Of a stretch of 53,015 nt of DNA, positions 47,519-53,015 are shown piece after piece. This stretch comes from Lama guanicoe (lineage: Eukaryota): positions 3,765,898 to 3,818,912 of the forward strand of contig MU053994.1 of the NCBI GenBank assembly GCA_013239625.1. The letters run 5' to 3'. Each line of letters opens with the position of its first letter. The first letter of the stretch is position 1. Made by a program: the position numbers and the translations under genes. Under the pieces are notes generated by a model. That model was given only the letters and a program-made list of their open reading frames with translations. It made no database searches and was not told the origin of the DNA.

Positions 47519-48190
47519 CATTTCTTCATATCATTTTCAAATTCTTTCATCAAAGTTTTATAGTTTTCAGTATATAGGTCTTTCACTTCCTTGGTTAAGT
47601 TTATTCCTAGATATTTTATTCTTTTTAATGCAATTTTAAACAGGATTATTTTCTTGTTTTTCTCTTTCTCATGGTTTATTATTAGTGTATAGAAAAGCAA
47701 CAGATTTCGTGTATTAATTTTGTATCCTGCAACTTTATGTGAATTCATCTATTAGTTCTAATAGTTTTTTGATGGAGATCAGGGTTTTCTGTATATAGTA
47801 TCATGTTATCTGCAAGTAGTGGCAGTTTTATTTCTTCCCTTCCAATTTGGATGCCTTTTAATTATTTTTCCTGTCTCATTGCTGTTGCTATGTAGTTGCA
47901 ATACTATGTTAAATAGAAGTGCCAAGAGTGGGCATCCTTGTCTTGTTTCTGATTTTAGAGGAAAGGCTTTCAGCTTTTCACTATTGAGTATAGTGTTAGC
48001 TGTGGGTTTGCTATAAATGGCCTTTATTATGTTGAAATATGTTACCTTTATACCAACTTTGATGAGAATTTTTATCATGAATGGATGTTAAATTTTGTCA
48101 AATGCTTTTTCTATGTCTATTGAGATGATCTTGTGATATTTATCTTTCCTTTTGTTAATGTGGTATATCACATTAATTGATTTGCAAATA
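47519..48190 (-). pseudogene. L1 ORF2 reverse-transcriptase fragment, frameshifted and inactive
   Basis: Translations [35 protein letters not shown] and KVAGYKIN...KYLGINLTKEVKDLYTENYKTLMKE match L1 ORF2; catalytic FADD reads LADN at 47816-47805. Confidence 0.92.
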
Positions 48191-48510
48191 GTACTGCCTT
48201 CAAAATGGTAACTCTCTCTTTACACGATGACGTCTCAGGTAAGGCCTCATTTCCCAGTGGTCATTGTTGAGAAACTGTATACACATTTATTCATCCTCTG
48301 TTTAGAACCAGTACCACAAGGGCCATGGATTAATTTTTTCCCTTACTTCATCTTTATGTTTAATATAAAGATGTTCAGGTGCAGATGATAGAAACTGGGA
48401 TGTGATGAGACAACACTGGGGATTTGATACCTCAATCCTACCATGATCTCTTACCACTACTCACGAGATGCCTGTAGTAATGATGTGCCCAGGAGACTGG
48501 CAAATAGTGG

Positions 48511-49073
48511 TGTCAGGGAGGAAGAAAATTTCCTCTACCCTTCTAGGTTCTTCTGGCTGGTCTGAGAATTAAGTTGACATGAGATAGATTAACAGGAGAA
48601 AATCAAACAAGAATTTAATAACATGTATACATAGGAGAGACCCAGGAAAACTGAGTAACTCACCAAAAAGAACAAAATCCTCACCTTAAATAACTTCTTC
48701 AGCTAAAGACAAAAGAATATGTTGGGGCAGTGATTTAGGACTTCACTGGGGAGTATGGCAATTCATATGGAGATGGAAAAGCAAATGTTTGATAAACAAA
48801 TGTTTGTCGGGACATGCAGAGGCAATGGGACACAGAGTGGACTCTGATCTCCATGCCAAGCTGATTTTCTCTCATCACATGCAGCCCCAATTTTTGCAAA
48901 TTTCTTGGGTGATACCTCTATTCTGGGAATAGGCCCTCGATCTACATTCTTTTATGCAGTTAGGGAGAAGGTCAAAATTTCTTCCTGAGTCTTTTGGACC
49001 TTGATTGTTTTTAGCTTAAAATAATCTGCCCGCCAAGGAGACATTTTAGGGTGGCAAGTTTTGCTCACCTACA
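48511..49073 (-). mobile_element. ERV1-class solo LTR (MER34/MER39-related), full length
   Basis: TG...CA termini; reverse complement starts TGTAGGTGAGCAAAACTTGCCACCCTAAAATGTCTCC...GATTATTTTAAGCT; other end AATTAAGTTGACATGAGATAGATTAACAGGAGAAAA; 4-bp flanks GTGG/GCAG. Confidence 0.75.
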
Positions 49074-49277
49074 GCAGCAGAGCAGCATTTTCTTGTAATC
49101 TGTGGCTTTGTCTCCAAACTCCAAAGCTGAACTGTGGAGAACTACACTGGAATTTAGGAGGCTGGCTAGAGGCCTAGATTGTCTTCTTTCCAAACCAGAA
49201 TCTTACTCCTTAAAGGGCAAAGAGGGTTCTAACTTCTACCTTTAGTACCAGAGTTGAAAAGGAAACTTTTTTTCCCT

Positions 49278-49630
49278 TATATTTCCTAACAAATATGTGC
49301 TGAGTGCTACCTCCTTGCCAGGTACTGGGGAAAGAGTTGAGGACCAAATGGATGTGGAGCCAGCTGTCCCGAAGCTTACAGCCTGGTGGGGAGACAGACA
49401 TTAAACATAAGTGCACACAATCATAATAATAAATTTTAATATGTGCTCTGAAGAACAAATATAGAATCTAATTTAGATTGAAGGCAGAAGGGAAGAAGGT
49501 TCATGGGAGAGCCAATCTGAGACCTTAGAGGCAAGCAGGAGCCCGCCAGGTGAGAATTGGGATGATGTGTGTTCCAGGAAGAGGGAATATAAAGTATGAA
49601 TACCTGAGTCAAGAAAGAGTTGGAAGAATC
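49278..49630 (-). mobile_element. L2 LINE 3' fragment
   Basis: AACAAATATGTGCTGAGTGC...TGCCAGGTACTGGG...GAAGCTTACAGCCTGGTGGGGAGACAGACATTAAACA...GTTCCAGGAAGAGGGAA. Confidence 0.75.
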
Positions 49631-49727
49631 GCAGGCACTGGGCCCTGGTAGGAGAAATGGTTTAAACAGCACATCAAGTGATTGGGCTATGGGGGCAGGT
49701 CTTTTGAGACTTTGAGAAGTATGAGCA

Positions 49728-50062
49728 TTATCTCCCTTTTTGATAACCAGACACACCCCCTTCCCTCATTCATTATGGATCAGTGGCCAAGGGATGGGGA
49801 CATCACACAAGCTAGGCCAGTCAGAGTGTATGTCTTGAGAATTTGAACGATAAGCAGAGTGACCAAGGATGAAGAACCATCAGGGCCCATTGTTCTCATG
49901 TCCTTATGTAGAGAGATTTTCTATAAGTTTCTGACTGAGCTTCCTAGAGCCACTGAATCTCCTGCCTTTCCCAAGGCCCACTTGTTCAGCCTTTCCTTCA
50001 GTTCTACAAAGTCATTTTGGTTGAAGTGAGCCAGAGTTGATTTCTGTGGCTTGTTACTTGAA
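49728..50062 (+). mobile_element. Old MaLR LTR (MLT1K/L-like), degraded
   Basis: AGGGATGGGGACATCACACAAGCTAGGCCAGTCAGAG...TGAGCCAGAGTTGATTTCTGTGGCTTG. Confidence 0.5.
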
Positions 50063-51624
50063 GGAGAAGCTGAACAGGATAAAATCCCAAATTATTAATA
50101 ATCTGAATAGATCAAGAAGCCAGCAGTGTTGACCTTTATAGGTTAGCATGGGCCAGACATGATATAAGTTATTTAAAAAAATCACTCTGGTCCCTGTGCT
50201 TCCTCTTTTGTGCTCTTCCTGCCTCCCCCATAGCCCACTTATGGGTGTGCTTTCTAGTTCAGTGAAAGGTGATATGCTTGGCCTAGAGGGAGGTCAGAGA
50301 TGTTGCAGAAAATGAGACACAGGGAAGAGCTTGCTTACTCCTAGTGCTCTGCTGTAGGCAGGAGAAAGAACTTGGTTGCCTGTTCCCCCTCCTCTGCCAC
50401 CCACCCAGCATAATTGCTCTTGATCTGCTCCATCCTCTCAGTGGTATAAGAAATAAGAGAACTTTTAATACACAGTGATTCCACCAGTTAGAAAATATGG
50501 TCCATTGAGAGTCTTGCAATTTGACCAAGCAAATCAGTACTCAACCTTGTGGGTGGAGTAAAAGGCCCTGATTTTGATGCATCTTTCCAAGAGGAATGAA
50601 GGATGGAAATAAGATGGAAGTCTTACTTGTCTTTTAAAGGCAGCAGGTTTCTAGAGAGTCATATCAATTGGTCACCCCTCAGTTCACCCTTCCACTCTTC
50701 TGTTTTTCTGTGCCTGCTGGAGGAAAAATTTTCCCTCTAATTCTAGGCTTCTCAAAGTCAGCTGGCCAGATTTCTAAGGCTCCCAGAGAAAGTATACAAT
50801 AAATACCCATTATTAAAAGTAATCTGAGACTGATGATATAGAGGAATTTGTGGCAGAAGAATAATTTGCCCCCTTAGCAACATAATCTTGTGAGGACTGA
50901 GTTCTCTGGGCTGAGGTATGAGCTTTGGGCTTCATTGGTAACCTGGAGAATAGTCCTAAATGGCTTGAGACTGTAGCCATGAATATAGGAACCCATCTCA
51001 TTCTTGTTCAAGTTCCAGAACAGAAATTAGGTGGACAGAGAGAGGATCTGAGGGTTTTTTTGCCCAGAGGTCGTCCTACTGAGGGTACCCCAATTCCTTG
51101 CTCAGCTCATAGATGGTTACCTTCAGCTCATATCTGGGTCCTGACCCAATCCCTTGGGGAGAGAACAGGGATGCAGAATATCTTGCTTTAATAATTGTAA
51201 GTAGAGATGGAAATTTATGGTTGGGCTGTTTTTCTCCTTAGATGGTGGAGGGACACTTGAGTCCTCAGTGCCTAACCTTCACAGAGTCCATTGTGGTGTC
51301 CTTCAGGTGGGTACTAGTGCTTCCAGTCCTATCCTTGTATTATATTTCCTGTAAAGTTCCCAGATATTTAGTGACTCCTACTGTCCCCTCCCATGCACTA
51401 TAATATTATAATTTTAGTGCAGGATAGGGCCTTAGAAGCTATCTAGATCAGCTCCTCCATTTTATAGACATGGAAACTAGGAGTAGAGAACTGCACAGCA
51501 TAAGTTGCGATCCTGAGGTCACCCTGTATGACAGTAATATAATTTTGTAAATGAAACATTTTAGCAAGGGAGTGTTATGGTGAAGTCCCAAAGAGGAAAC
51601 ATGTAGTTGTCAAGGTCAGTTTAA

Positions 51625-51942
51625 TATCCTTGTATAAATGGAATCATATAATATAGATTATTTTTGTGTCTCATTTCTTTGGCTCGAAATAATGCTTTTG
51701 ATATTCATCCATATTGTAGTGTGCATTGAGAGCACATTCCTTTTTATTGTTGAGTAGTATTCCATTGTATGGACATACCTAAATTTGTTCATCCATTCAC
51801 TTGTTGATGTATGTGTGGGTTGTCTCTGACTTTTAATTATTTTGAATAAAGTCACCATGAACATTGATATGCAAGTCAATTTTGGCTGGACATATGTTTT
51901 TATCTCTCTTGCTAAATATCTAGGATTAGATGTGCTGGCTCG
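51625..51942 (-). mobile_element. Old L1 (L1MB/L1ME-type) ORF2 C-terminus/3' UTR fragment
   Basis: ORF 51658-51879 (TCISMFMVTLFKIIKSQRQP...EWMNKFRYVHTMEYYSTIKRN) matches the L1 ORF2 C-terminal motif WYIYTMEYYSAIK. Confidence 0.8.
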
Positions 51943-52100
51943 GGAGACATAGATTTTAATACCAGCTTTGCCACTAATTTGTTGTTACTTTAAGCAAACT
52001 GTTTACCCTTTGTGGGTTTAAGAGTCTTCATTTATAAAAGGAAGGGGTTCAACTAGATGAGTCTTTTGAAACTGTACTCCTTAAATCCTCTAGATTCTGA
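51943..52100 (+). mobile_element. MIR3-like SINE
   Basis: CCAGCTTTGCCACTAA...CTTCATTTATAAAA...AACTAGATG...CTCTAGATTCT. Confidence 0.55.
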
Positions 52101-52477
52101 ATCTGTTGGGGTGGGGTAGAGGGGAATGAATAGTGAGGACTGAGTCTCCACTCTGACTTCACCCAGATAGCTTCACTCATGTCTCAATATCGGCCTTCCC
52201 TATTGGAGTTCATTTGAAGAAAGTATTTCATGAATAGGAATGCTTAAAAACCATTGGCCAACCTGATCTGTAAGATTCTTTTGACTCTGTAAAATTTTTG
52301 AAGTCTATGAGAGAATTTGCCTTCTTCCAGACTTCTGTGAGTAATATTCTGGGAACAACATCTAAGGTCACAGAAGAGCAATCTTGGTTCAAAATCAGCT
52401 CTCTTTTCTATTTATATGTGGCAGAAGGTAAAACTAAGCTGTACTGAGCTGAAAGACATCCTCAAAAGAATAGTTCA

Positions 52478-53015
52478 GGAGCTTCCGGGCAAGATGGCGG
52501 AGTAGAAGGACGCTTGTAAGCCACCCTCTCCCACAAATACACCAAGACCCACATCTACAGACCCACTCAGCCAACCAGAGCACCTGCGGAACTCCAACAG
52601 ATCATCGCCCTCTTCAAAAGATAAAGACGCCAAAAATCTGGTAGGAGAAAAGGAAAAAAGAAAGAACAAAAGGCAAAGCAGCGCGGGACGGGTCCCGCGG
52701 GGAGGGAGCGGCAAAGGAGGACTGGCGCTTGCTCGCTGGGTCTCCCCTCTCCAACTGAGAGGCCAGCAGGACGGAGGGGGAGCCTCCGAGGCTCGGATCT
52801 GTACAGAGCAGCCCTTGTCTGACAGAACTAAGTTAAACGGGCACAGAGCGTCCCCCCCGACAACCAGCCTGAGACGCGGGCCGGCAGCAGCGGGCAGGGC
52901 CAGGCTGCATAATCTGGGCGGAGGACGGGGGCGGCTGCACGGAGGAATCTCCGGGGGACTGCAAGGGGCTGAGCGCCGGGGCTGTGGGTGTACAGGACAG
53001 AACAACCTGGGCCCT
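52478..53015 (+). mobile_element. 5' UTR/internal promoter of a young L1 (runs off window end)
   Basis: Abrupt switch to CpG-rich sequence; GCTTCCGGGCAAGATGGCGGAGTAG start typical of laurasiatherian L1 5' ends; preceded by AAAAGAATAGTTCA (52464-52477), a plausible left TSD. Confidence 0.85.
52490..52500 (+). promoter_or_regulatory. YY1 site of the L1 promoter
   Basis: CAAGATGGCGG about 12 nt inside the L1 5' end, the position known for the L1 YY1 element. Confidence 0.75.

Noticed and set aside
50716..50760. Partner LTR for the 48511-49073 element (similar GGA..AAAATTT.CCTCTA..TCTAGG start)
   Set aside because: Similarity fades within ~40 nt, and the intervening DNA is L2/MLT1 rather than ERV internal sequence, so no provirus
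1..53015. CRISPR array, operon or other prokaryote-type system
   Set aside because: No regularly spaced direct repeats or gene-dense ORF organisation; the sequence is CpG-depleted, repeat-rich mammalian DNA

Overview
Mammalian non-coding DNA (intronic or intergenic), most likely from a camelid (camel, alpaca or llama). The host is inferred from two copies of a tRNA-Ala-derived SINE of Vic-1 type, with no recognisable ruminant, pig or primate SINEs. I recognise no protein-coding gene, exon chain, rRNA, true tRNA or CRISPR array. The ORFs with recognisable homology are all transposon relics: L1 ORF2 RT and C-terminus, and a Tigger transposase N-terminal HTH inside MER82. A large share of the window is interspersed repeats of many ages: L3/CR1, L2, MIR, L1ME/L1MC/L1MA, MLT1, LTR16, LTR37-, LTR41/52- and MER34/39-like solo LTRs, MER5, MER82 and ORSL. 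It ends in the CpG-rich 5' UTR of a young, probably full-length L1. The most notable structures are retrotransposition signatures: a ~210-bp twin-primed inverted L1 with a 17-bp TSD, a ~50-bp L1 stub with a 16-bp TSD, a candidate old L1 3' transduction, and a CR1 element split by later insertions. Also of note are a stop-free antisense frame across the L1 5' UTR and an octamer-motif cluster in a solo LTR. I found no convincing novel biological system. Repeat family names are from recalled consensus similarity, not a database search, and boundaries of old elements are approximate.
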